DNA of 64,000 nt from Gemmatimonas sp. Lineage in GTDB: Bacteria > Gemmatimonadota > Gemmatimonadetes > Gemmatimonadales > Gemmatimonadaceae. The number at the start of each line of letters is the position of its first letter. Positions within the stretch are counted from its first letter, which is position 1. Under the pieces are notes generated by a model that did not search any database, was not told where the DNA came from, and worked only from the letters and a program-made list of their open reading frames with translations. Of this stretch, positions 48,401 to 56,785 are shown piece after piece. Location of the stretch: contig JANNVQ010000014.1 in the NCBI GenBank assembly GCA_031414535.1, positions 160,001 to 224,000 on the forward strand, in the 5' to 3' direction. Both the position numbers and the translations under genes were made by a program.

Positions 48401-49179
48401 ACCCGATTTTCTTCGGCCGCGCACCGCGGTCGCTGTTTGGTGTCTACCATCCACCCAAGGCCGCGCAGGCGCGCGCTACGGGCGTGGTGCTGTGCTATCC
48501 GTTTGGGCAGGAGTACATGCGCGCGCACCGCGCATACCGGCAGATGGCGCTGCTGCTGAGCAAGGCGGGCTTCCACGTGATGCGCTTTGACTACTACGGC
48601 ACGGGTGATTCCAGTGGCGATGCCGTGGATGCCTCGCTCACGCAGTGGGTCGAAGACGCACGCAGCGCAGCGGACGAGTTGAAGGAGACCGCCGAGATCA
48701 AGCGCGTCGCCTTCGTTGGCCTGCGCTTGGGTGCTGCCGTTGCTGCACTCGCCGCAGAGGGCCGCGACGACGTGGACCAAGTGGCCCTTTGGGATCCGGC
48801 AGTCACGGGTGCAGCGTATCTCGCCGAGATTACGGAGCAGCGCACGGATTCGGTGGGCAACTCGCGGCACTCCACCAGTGAAGGCGGTTTGGTGGGCGTG
48901 CTCGGATTTCCCATTACCGACGCGCTCCGAAAGGACCTCGGGGCGATGGATTTGCGTGAGGTCGGCGCGCCAAAGGGGAGCGGGCGACTTATCGTCGCCG
49001 CACATGAGCGTGAGGAGTACAGCGCGCTCGGCAACTTGCCCGTGGACGGCGTACGAGTGAAGTATCAGGTGGTGCCCAGCGAGGGCAATTGGAATGAAGT
49101 GGACGACTACGGCGGTGCCCTGATTCCGGTGTTCCTGATTCAGGCCATCGTTGCGCACCTTTCGCAGGAGATTCGATGA
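48397..49179 (+). CDS. Alpha/beta hydrolase-fold protein resembling exosortase-associated hydrolase 2
   Basis: RFDYYGTGDS, nucleophile elbow GLRLG, LWDP; GTG overlaps the PKS stop. Confidence 0.75.
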   Translation: MNPIFFGRAPRSLFGVYHPPKAAQARATGVVLCYPFGQEYMRAHRAYRQMALLLSKAGFHVMRFDYYGTGDSSGDAVDASLTQWVEDARSAADELKETAEIKRVAFVGLRLGAAVAALAAEGRDDVDQVALWDPAVTGAAYLAEITEQRTDSVGNSRHSTSEGGLVGVLGFPITDALRKDLGAMDLREVGAPKGSGRLIVAAHEREEYSALGNLPVDGVRVKYQVVPSEGNWNEVDDYGGALIPVFLIQAIVAHLSQEIR

Positions 49180-50126
49180 CCGCTGTTACGTATGGAAGAG
49201 AGAAGGCGCTGCGCTTTGGCTCGGGCTCGTCCCTCGTGGGCGTGCTCACGGAAGCGGCGGCCGGCAGCGCGGCGGCGGGCCGCCCCGGCGTCATCTTCCT
49301 GAACTCCGGCATCCTGCACCGCGTGGGCTCGTGCCGCCTCCATGTGCGTTTGGCTCGCGCCATGAGCGCGGCGGGTTTCCATGCGCTGCGCTTTGACTAT
49401 TCGGGCATCGGCGACAGCGACCAGCGTCGCGATTCGCTGCCCTTCGAGGAGAGCGCCGTGCTCGAGACGAAGGAGGCGATGGATTACCTCGCCAAAGCCA
49501 AGGGCGCGCAGAAGTTCATCCTCATTGGCCTTTGCTCCGGCGCCGACATGGCGCATGAGACCGCGCTGCGCGACGAGCGTGTGGCCGGGTTGATGCTCTT
49601 GGATGCCTGGGCGTATCGGAACCCTGGCTACTACATGCATCACTATGGCCCCAAGCTCTTCAACGTGAACGTGTGGCGGAACTCGATTGGCATTCGATTG
49701 AAGATGCTCCGCGGCAGCGACAACGACACGCGGGTCTGCATCCCGGGCTCCGAAGGTGTGGAATACGACGTGCCAAAGTACGTGCGTGTCTTTCCGCCCA
49801 AGGAGCGCATCGGTGCTGATCTGCGTGCCTTCGTCAAGCGTGGCGTCGAGATGCGCTTCGTGTGGACGGGTGGCCTCGAGGAGTACAACCACGAGGGTCA
49901 GTACGCGTCCACGTTCCGCGACGTCGGCCTGGGCAAACTGTTCGAAGAAGCGTACATGCCCGACGCCGATCATATCCTGACGGGCCTCGAGCATCAGGAC
50001 CAGGTCATTGATCGCACCCTGCGCTGGGCCACGCAGCGCTGGCCTGCGCAGAACGCTGGCAAGCCGTCGGCCGCTGCCGCAGCCGCAGTGCCATCGGCAG
50101 TCGAACGTCCAGCATCCGTCGCGTAG
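49176..50126 (+). CDS. Alpha/beta hydrolase-fold protein resembling exosortase-associated hydrolase 1
   Basis: HRVG, RFDYSGIGDS, elbow GLCSG, ADH near C-terminus. Confidence 0.75.
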   Translation: MTAVTYGREKALRFGSGSSLVGVLTEAAAGSAAAGRPGVIFLNSGILHRVGSCRLHVRLARAMSAAGFHALRFDYSGIGDSDQRRDSLPFEESAVLETKEAMDYLAKAKGAQKFILIGLCSGADMAHETALRDERVAGLMLLDAWAYRNPGYYMHHYGPKLFNVNVWRNSIGIRLKMLRGSDNDTRVCIPGSEGVEYDVPKYVRVFPPKERIGADLRAFVKRGVEMRFVWTGGLEEYNHEGQYASTFRDVGLGKLFEEAYMPDADHILTGLEHQDQVIDRTLRWATQRWPAQNAGKPSAAAAAAVPSAVERPASVA

Positions 50127-50128
50127 CG

Positions 50129-51397
50129 TTGCGTTCCGCCCGCACGTGGCTGGTTGCACTCTTTGCCGCCGTCGTGAGTGTCGCCTGCGGTGCCGAGGCG
50201 CCGCTCGCGCCATCTGAGCAAACAGCGGTAAGCGCGGCACCGGAGTTGACTTTGCTCAGATCGGCGCTCCGCTTGCGCGTGGACACGCTGGCGCGCGGCC
50301 TGAAGGTTCCGTGGGCCGTCGTCACGCTTCCCGACGGTCGCCTGCTCATCTCGGAGCGCGGCGGGCGGATTGTCGCGCTCGACACGTCCAGTGGACAACA
50401 GACCGAATGGGCGCGCCTCTCGGTGTACGCCGAAGATCCTGACTGGGGCCCCGAATCGGGTTTGCTCGGCCTCGCGCTCGCGCCGGACTTTGAGAAGTCC
50501 AAGCAGGTGTTCGCCATGGCCACGCGCTGGAAGAGCGCTGGCGATCGGGACGGCGCGCTGTTGCGTCGCGTGCAGCGCCGCGTCGCTGGACTGATGAAGC
50601 CCGAGTGGGGACTACCCTTCGAGAATCAGATCATCCGCCTCACCGAGCGCGATGGTATCGGGACGGATTCCGTGGTGATGGTGCGTAGACTTCCCGCCAA
50701 TCATTACCACGTCGGGGGCGGATTGGCCTTCGGTCCTGATGGCATGCTCTACGCGAGCGTCGGCGATGTCCTACATCCCAAGCTCGCGCTCAAGACGCGC
50801 TCCAGCGCAGGAAAGATCCTGCGGTATCGGCCCGATGGATCTGTGCCAGACGACAATCCGGACGCCGGCTCACCCGTGTGGGCCTCCGGACTTCGCAATA
50901 CGCAGGCCTTCGATTGGTTATCCGACGGCACCATGCTCGGCACAGACCACGGGCCCACGGGCATGACGCAGGAAGCGGGTCGCGCCGGCAATGATGAGTT
51001 AAACGTGCTCATACGCGCTGCCTCATACGGCTGGCCAGACATCGCGGGCCTTCAGTCAGCTGAACCGCATCGGCAACCCATCTGGCTCTGGCGCCAAGCA
51101 ATCGCTCCGGCCGGGATGTCCGTCTACCGCGGCTTTGATGCGCGCTGGGCGTCCAGTGTATTCGTGGCCGGCCTGCGAGGCGGCGTGGAGCGCATCGCGC
51201 TTGCTCGCGATGACTCAGGTGCCTGGAGAGTTGCTGCTCGCGAGTCGTTGGCCTTGCCGAGCCTTGGTAGAGTGCGCGGTGTGCGCTCGTTGGGCGACGG
51301 GTCACTACTCGTATTCACGAGTAATCGCGACGCCCGCGGGCAGGCCGGACCCAACGACGACTTACTCCTGCGCCTTGTGCCGATGGACCTCAATTGA
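50129..51397 (+). CDS. PQQ-dependent glucose/sorbosone dehydrogenase family lipoprotein
   Basis: SVA-C lipobox; PW...LPDG, GLLGLALAPDF, H.GG.LAFGPDGMLY, GKILR, GLRN. Confidence 0.82.
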   Translation: MRSARTWLVALFAAVVSVACGAEAPLAPSEQTAVSAAPELTLLRSALRLRVDTLARGLKVPWAVVTLPDGRLLISERGGRIVALDTSSGQQTEWARLSVYAEDPDWGPESGLLGLALAPDFEKSKQVFAMATRWKSAGDRDGALLRRVQRRVAGLMKPEWGLPFENQIIRLTERDGIGTDSVVMVRRLPANHYHVGGGLAFGPDGMLYASVGDVLHPKLALKTRSSAGKILRYRPDGSVPDDNPDAGSPVWASGLRNTQAFDWLSDGTMLGTDHGPTGMTQEAGRAGNDELNVLIRAASYGWPDIAGLQSAEPHRQPIWLWRQAIAPAGMSVYRGFDARWASSVFVAGLRGGVERIALARDDSGAWRVAARESLALPSLGRVRGVRSLGDGSLLVFTSNRDARGQAGPNDDLLLRLVPMDLN

Positions 51398-51981
51398 TGC
51401 GCGCATTACGGCAATTGGCGAAGTATGTGCTGCGCACGCCCCAGCGCCTCCTGCATCCGCACCGGCGTCAGGCGGCAGAAGCGATGCTTCGCGCGGCTCC
51501 CGTCAACTCGGTGCTCGTGCTCTGTTTGGGCAACATCTGCCGCAGTCCCTACGCCGCGGCCCAATTGCGAGAGGCCTTGGGTCCGGCTTGGACAGGGCGC
51601 GTGGATTCCGCAGGCTTCGTTGGCCCAGGGCGCCCGTCGCCATGGGAGGCCGTGAATGTGGCCACGGAGCACGGCGTGGATTTGAGTGCGCATCGCTCAC
51701 GTACGGTAGTCGCCGAGGACATCACGCAGTTCGACCTCATCATCGTCATGGAAGCGGGGCAACACACCCGACTAAACAAGACCCTCAGCGCGTGCGCGCC
51801 ACGCGTGTTGGTGCTCGGCGATCTCGACCCGGAGCCAATCTCGCAGCGCACGATTGTTGATCCCTTTGGTCGCGGGCTAGGCGAGTTCCATTCAAGCTAC
51901 GCGCGCATCGATCGCTGCACCGCGCGCCTCGCAGCAGCAATCAGCGCGCTTCGCAGTACCGACCCGCGTCCGGCGCGCTGA
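51397..51981 (+). CDS. Low-molecular-weight protein-tyrosine phosphatase (Wzb-like)
   Basis: CLGNICRS P-loop, DSAG, DPF. Confidence 0.88.
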   Translation: MRALRQLAKYVLRTPQRLLHPHRRQAAEAMLRAAPVNSVLVLCLGNICRSPYAAAQLREALGPAWTGRVDSAGFVGPGRPSPWEAVNVATEHGVDLSAHRSRTVVAEDITQFDLIIVMEAGQHTRLNKTLSACAPRVLVLGDLDPEPISQRTIVDPFGRGLGEFHSSYARIDRCTARLAAAISALRSTDPRPAR

Positions 51982-52993
51982 GCAACGACTCCGCGAGCAC
52001 CTTGGCGGCAAGCGCGTAGCCGCGCGCTGATGCGTGGCCGTCGCGCGGCAAAAGGTATAAGATCGTGTCCGGCAGCCCCGACGAACGCAGCGGCGTGTGC
52101 AGGTCCACGTAGTGGTCGCCGCGGTCGCGGACCATGTCCTCAAACCAGCCGAACGTCGTGCGATTGCGATCCGCCAATGCATTGTGCGAAGGATACGCCG
52201 TGACGACGAGCGGAACGCCGAACTCGGCGGCGCGGGTTGCGAGAGCAGCGTATTGGTCGGCGTAGCGGCTCCGAAGCGAGTCAATGTCCGGTAGTGCGTG
52301 CTGACTGAGTGGAGCGTCGGCGCGACGACGACGCTCCACCGCGCCCATCCGTGTACGCGCGTCACGCAACAGAGACCAGAGCGCAAGGCGGCGCAGTACG
52401 GGGTACACCATGTTCATCGGGAACGCCGACTTCAGCTCGCGCGACTTGGCGAGTTGCTCCCAAAAGGTAGGCCGTCGCAGGTCCACAACATCGTTATCGT
52501 GGTGTACGAGGATGATGGCGTCAGGCTTCAATGGCAGCGCCCGTTCGAGGATGTCGCGCTGCGCGTCTATTGTGGAGCCGGGCAAGGCGAGGTTGAGCAC
52601 GCGCGAGTTGCGGCAACCCATCGCGAACTCCGCCTCAATCCGCGCTGGCAAGGTGGCGCTGTCGTCTACGAACTGCCCCCACGCGAAGGAATCACCGAGC
52701 ACGATGATTCGCCGCTCTCCTTCCGGTTTCTGCAGCCCAATCTCGGGTCCGCGAAAGCCTTGCTGGTTGATGCTCACGGCAAAGTGCAGTCCGCTGCGGC
52801 TGCGATCCACCCTGCTTTCGGCAGGAAAATGAACGCCCGGAAACTCGTCGAATCGGTCTTGATCAAGCGTGACGGCTGTGGGAGGGCTCGCAAGTCCGAG
52901 AACGCGCACGGCGAGCTCTCCTAGAGCGAGCGCGAACACGCTACCAATCACCGCGCCCAGAAGCAGGCGAACGAATCGGGGCCACTTCTTCAC
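51941..52993 (-). CDS. Membrane-anchored SGNH/GDSL hydrolase-fold protein
   Basis: N-terminal TM, INQQGFRG, LGDSFAWG, ND, DGHA; GTG start 52993. Confidence 0.82.
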   Translation of the reverse strand: MKKWPRFVRLLLGAVIGSVFALALGELAVRVLGLASPPTAVTLDQDRFDEFPGVHFPAESRVDRSRSGLHFAVSINQQGFRGPEIGLQKPEGERRIIVLGDSFAWGQFVDDSATLPARIEAEFAMGCRNSRVLNLALPGSTIDAQRDILERALPLKPDAIILVHHDNDVVDLRRPTFWEQLAKSRELKSAFPMNMVYPVLRRLALWSLLRDARTRMGAVERRRRADAPLSQHALPDIDSLRSRYADQYAALATRAAEFGVPLVVTAYPSHNALADRNRTTFGWFEDMVRDRGDHYVDLHTPLRSSGLPDTILYLLPRDGHASARGYALAAKVLAESLLSAPDAGRYCEAR

Positions 52994-54099
52994 TCGCGCG
53001 GCCACTCCGGCCGTTTCGCCAACCAACTTCCCGTGGCCTCGCCAAGCATCGCGTATCCGTCCGCGTTTGGGTGCTTGTTGTACGGCAGGAAGAGTTCAGC
53101 GCCAAGGCCGCGCGATTCCCACAATGCGTGAGCATCGAGGTATGGGATGCCCAAGCTGTCGAGCATGGCGCGCGCAAGCCGCGGGTAGGGGTGACGGCTC
53201 AGGTCGGTGCCGCGCACAATCACTTCGACAGGCATGATGACGACGTAGAGTGCAAAGCCACGCTCCGCAGCCAACTCTTGGAGCTCGGCGTAGAACTTCG
53301 GGATGCGGGCGAATCCTGCCGTATCAACCACGCCGGATTCAAGCAGACCCTCCACGCGATCGTATTCCATCTCGCCTGCACGCGCTCCGCTGACGGCCGC
53401 GCGCATCGTAGCTGCGGCGCGGCGAGCGACGAACAGTAAAGCTGATCGCCGCGCCACTCTCGACGCGATGCCCACTTTGTCCATCGCAGTCTCTGCGTCA
53501 TCCCACACGAAAAGGCCATTATCCGTCAGCACGCGCAGCGCGGGCTTCTGGATGGAATCGTTGACCAGATAGTCATTCCAGTAGAGGCCGTGGACGACAA
53601 CATCTGCGTGGACCTCGCGCAGCGTCTCTTGGAGCAGGTCGAGTTCCTGATTGATCTGATAGCTGATGACTCCGGCGTTAACCACGCGAACCGCAGCGCC
53701 GCGCGCACGCAGGGCCTGCTCGAGCCTCGCCGGGAACGTGGCGCTGTCATCCACACCCATGCCGAACGTAAAGCTGTCGCCTAACGCGATGACGGTTGCC
53801 GTCTCGGTGGTGTCTGAGGGGCCTGCCGAGTGCTGCCGCAGGCCATCGAGACCGACCGTGACTGAGCCCCCGAACGAGTACGCGCGTTGGTTGGGGCGTG
53901 GGGTGAAGAGGCGCGAGGGATGCGAGTCGTAGCGCAGCTGCGGAGCGGGGCGCTCGAGCGGTAGAGTAACGAGCCGACGGGCAAGAACCTCCGCGACTGC
54001 CACCAAGCTGGCGAGGACGAGCCCAACCAGAAGGACGGCGACGACCCGGATTTTCCGGGCAGCTGAGGGAGGCGCGGCGCTGGTATTCTCGAGGCTCAT
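52990..54099 (-). CDS. Membrane-anchored SGNH/GDSL hydrolase-fold protein
   Basis: N-terminal TM, LGDSFTFG, NAGVISY, WND, NKHP. Confidence 0.82.
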   Translation of the reverse strand: MSLENTSAAPPSAARKIRVVAVLLVGLVLASLVAVAEVLARRLVTLPLERPAPQLRYDSHPSRLFTPRPNQRAYSFGGSVTVGLDGLRQHSAGPSDTTETATVIALGDSFTFGMGVDDSATFPARLEQALRARGAAVRVVNAGVISYQINQELDLLQETLREVHADVVVHGLYWNDYLVNDSIQKPALRVLTDNGLFVWDDAETAMDKVGIASRVARRSALLFVARRAAATMRAAVSGARAGEMEYDRVEGLLESGVVDTAGFARIPKFYAELQELAAERGFALYVVIMPVEVIVRGTDLSRHPYPRLARAMLDSLGIPYLDAHALWESRGLGAELFLPYNKHPNADGYAMLGEATGSWLAKRPEWPRE

Positions 54100-54131
54100 T
54101 TGGCTTAGAGAGGAAACAGCCCGCCGAGCCT

Positions 54132-54171
54132 ATGCGCAAGTGTCTTTCGGGGCGTTGCGCTCGCGCAACGC
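54132..54171. promoter_or_regulatory. Palindromic candidate operator GCGTTGCGC-TC-GCGCAACGC preceded by ATGCGCAA
   Basis: Perfect 9-bp arms at 54152-54160 and 54163-54171, between divergent genes. Confidence 0.35.
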
Positions 54172-54321
54172 TATCGTACCGAATCCCTACTGGTACGCCT
54201 TCACCTCCACAGCTAAGTTCCTCTGTAGAAACAAGTTCGGGATTCGAAAGGGATTCCCCGCCTTCTGCGCGATTCTTGCGTAAGAGTGCTTGTTTCCTTC
54301 CCGCCCCCCGGAATCCCGCCA

Positions 54322-56160
54322 TTGACGCGTCCCACCGGAAAGTACGTCCTCGGCCTCTCGGCCTACTACCACGACAGCGCCGCCTGCATTGTGCGGGACG
54401 GCGAGATTATCGCCGCAGCGTCTGAAGAGCGCTTCACCCGCAAGAAGGCGGATGAGCGCTTTCCCGAGCACGCCGTTGATTACTGCTTGAAGGAAGCAGG
54501 AATCAGCATCGACCAGCTCGACGCCGTGGGTTTCTATGACAAGCCCCTGCTCAAGTTCGAGCGCATCCTCGAGACCTATCTCGGCGTCGCGCCCAAGGGA
54601 TTCCGTTCGTTCCTGATGGCCGGCCCGCTCTGGATCAAGGAGAAGCTCTACACCGACCGAGAGCTGCGCGCCGCCCTCGGTGGTTACCAGGGCCACCTCT
54701 ACTACTCCGAGCACCACGAGTCGCACGCCGCCAGCGCCTTCTTCCCGTCGCCGTTTGAAGAAGCCGCCATCCTTACCATGGACGGCGTAGGCGAGTGGGC
54801 GACGGCGTCCATCGGCATCGGACGCGGGGCAGACATCGAAATCCATGAGGAATTGCACTGGCCCGATTCGCTGGGCCTCCTCTACTCCGCGTTCACGTAC
54901 TACACCGGCTTCAAGGTGAACTCCGGTGAGTACAAGGTGATGGGCCTCGCCCCATACGGCCAGCCGAAGTACGTAGACCTCATCTTGAAGCACGTGATGG
55001 ACCTTCGCGAAGACGGGTCCTTCCGCTTCAACCAGAAGTACTTCAATTATCTCAACGGGCTCACCATGACGAGCCCGGCGTTCCATGAGCTGTTCGGTGG
55101 CCCGCCGCGCGAGCCCGAATCTCAGCTGACCCAGCGCGAGATGGACCTCGCCCGCTCGGTGCAGGACGTCTGCGAGCTGGTGATGATGAAGATGGCCACG
55201 CACGCCAAGAAGGTGACCGGCCTCGACAACCTCTGCCTCGCCGGCGGCGTCGCGCTCAATTGCGTGGGCAACGGCAAGTTGCTGCGCGACGGACCGTTTA
55301 AGAACATCTGGATTCAGCCTGCCTCCGGCGACGCCGGCGGCGCGCTTGGCGTGGCTCAGCTCATCGCGCACCGCGAGCTCAAGGTGCCACGTCGCGTCAC
55401 GCCTGGCACCGATGGCATGAAGGGCTCCTACCTCGGACCGTCCTACTCGGACGCCGAGATCCAAGCCTTCCTGGATTCGAAGAATATCCCGTACGAACAG
55501 GTGGCCGAGTCGGAACTGGCCGCCACGGTCGCCAAGGAACTCGCCGACCAGAAGATCATCGGATGGCTCCACGGCCGCATGGAATTTGGACCGCGCTCGC
55601 TCGGTGCCCGCAGCATCCTCGGCGATCCGCGCAGCCAGTCCATGCAGGCCGACATGAATCTCAAGATCAAGTTCCGCGAAAGCTTCCGCCCCTTCGCACC
55701 GAGCGTGCTGCGCGAGCGGGTGAGCGACTACTTCGAGTTGGATGGCGATTCACCGTACATGTTGCTCGTGGCACCGGTGAAGAAGGAGCGCCAGATCCCG
55801 ATGACCGACGACCAGGGCAAGCTCTTCGGCATCGACCTGCTCAACCAGCAGCGCTCCGACATCCCCGCCATCACGCACGTCGACTACTCCGCGCGCGTGC
55901 AGACCGTGCGGAAGGACGTCAACCCGATGTACCACGCGCTGCTCAGCGAGTTTGAGCGGCTCACCGGCTGCGCGGTTCTCGTGAACACCTCGTTCAACGT
56001 GCGTGGCGAACCGATCGTCATGACGCCCGAAGACGCCTACCGCTGCTTCATGCGCACGCACATCGACGTGCTGGTGCTGGGCAACCACGTTTTGCGCAAG
56101 CAAGCACAACCCAAATGGCAGGAGACCGAGCAATGGCAGGAAGAGTTTCAGCTCGACTGA
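54322..56160 (+). CDS. Carbamoyltransferase (NodU/CmcH/SxtI family)
   Basis: YHDSAA, EERFTRKK, HHESHAASAF, DGVGE, EYKVMGLAPYG, GGVALN, EFGPRSLG, KFRESFRPFAP, NTSFN; start approximate (TTG 54322 or GTG 54286). Confidence 0.93.
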   Translation: MTRPTGKYVLGLSAYYHDSAACIVRDGEIIAAASEERFTRKKADERFPEHAVDYCLKEAGISIDQLDAVGFYDKPLLKFERILETYLGVAPKGFRSFLMAGPLWIKEKLYTDRELRAALGGYQGHLYYSEHHESHAASAFFPSPFEEAAILTMDGVGEWATASIGIGRGADIEIHEELHWPDSLGLLYSAFTYYTGFKVNSGEYKVMGLAPYGQPKYVDLILKHVMDLREDGSFRFNQKYFNYLNGLTMTSPAFHELFGGPPREPESQLTQREMDLARSVQDVCELVMMKMATHAKKVTGLDNLCLAGGVALNCVGNGKLLRDGPFKNIWIQPASGDAGGALGVAQLIAHRELKVPRRVTPGTDGMKGSYLGPSYSDAEIQAFLDSKNIPYEQVAESELAATVAKELADQKIIGWLHGRMEFGPRSLGARSILGDPRSQSMQADMNLKIKFRESFRPFAPSVLRERVSDYFELDGDSPYMLLVAPVKKERQIPMTDDQGKLFGIDLLNQQRSDIPAITHVDYSARVQTVRKDVNPMYHALLSEFERLTGCAVLVNTSFNVRGEPIVMTPEDAYRCFMRTHIDVLVLGNHVLRKQAQPKWQETEQWQEEFQLD

Positions 56161-56555
56161 CCCCCGCCGAGGGCCGGAAGTTCGGCTTTACGGTCGGAAT
56201 CGCGTTCGGCGTCCTCGCCGCGGTCCTCTATTTCTGGCGGCACGCGACCACCGCGTCGGCGGTACTGGGCAGCCTCAGCGGATTCCTGCTCGTGGGCGGC
56301 CTCGTGGCACCGGTGCAACTCACGCCCATCGAACGGGCGTGGATGAAGCTGGCCCACATCATCTCCAAGGTCACCACTCCAATCTTCATGGCCGTGGTGT
56401 ACTTCGTGGTCATCGCGCCGGTCGGAATCGCTCGGCGCCTAATGGGCAAGAATGCGCTGGTACGCGTTGCCGGCGAGCCGCCTCAGACGCCTGCTGGCTA
56501 CTGGGTGCAGCGGCCCGTGGGCAAGCGTCAGGGCGACCTCTCGCGTCAGTTCTAA
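56133..56555 (+). CDS. SxtJ family membrane protein
   Basis: RKFG, W.KLA, P.G...R, YW, C-terminal RQF; directly follows the carbamoyltransferase; ATG 56133. Confidence 0.8.
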   Translation: MAGRVSARLTPAEGRKFGFTVGIAFGVLAAVLYFWRHATTASAVLGSLSGFLLVGGLVAPVQLTPIERAWMKLAHIISKVTTPIFMAVVYFVVIAPVGIARRLMGKNALVRVAGEPPQTPAGYWVQRPVGKRQGDLSRQF

Positions 56556-56579
56556 CTTCTTTCAGTTCCGAGTCCCTAC

Positions 56580-56741
56580 GTGAGCAAGCCAACTAGCCTG
56601 ACCCAAGAAGTGTGGGCCTTTCTCAAGGCCCGCAAGAAGTTCTGGATGCTGCCCATCATCCTCGTGATGGTGCTCATTGGCGCCCTGCTGGTCTTTGCCC
56701 AGGGATCGGCGCTGGCCCCGTTCATCTATACCATCTTCTAG
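56580..56741 (+). CDS. SxtK/DUF5989-like 53-aa membrane peptide (not in ORF track)
   Basis: Manual translation: MSKPTSLTQEVWAFLKARKKFWMLPIILVMVLIGALLVFAQGSALAPFIYTIF*; GTG 56580, TAG 56739-56741. Confidence 0.88.
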   Translation: MSKPTSLTQEVWAFLKARKKFWMLPIILVMVLIGALLVFAQGSALAPFIYTIF

Positions 56742-56785
56742 GGCCAGGTCGCACCGGTTGTGGGCCGGAAGAGCTCCTCTCTCCT

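Noticed and set aside
54187..55572. 461-aa minus-strand ORF (likewise 39814-41025, 42482-43780, 5168-6115)
   Set aside because: Antisense to strongly supported genes; explained by codon bias.
54322..56741. Saxitoxin biosynthesis (sxtI/J/K homologues)
   Set aside because: No sxtA-, sxtG- or sxtB-like genes; context is polysaccharide biosynthesis.
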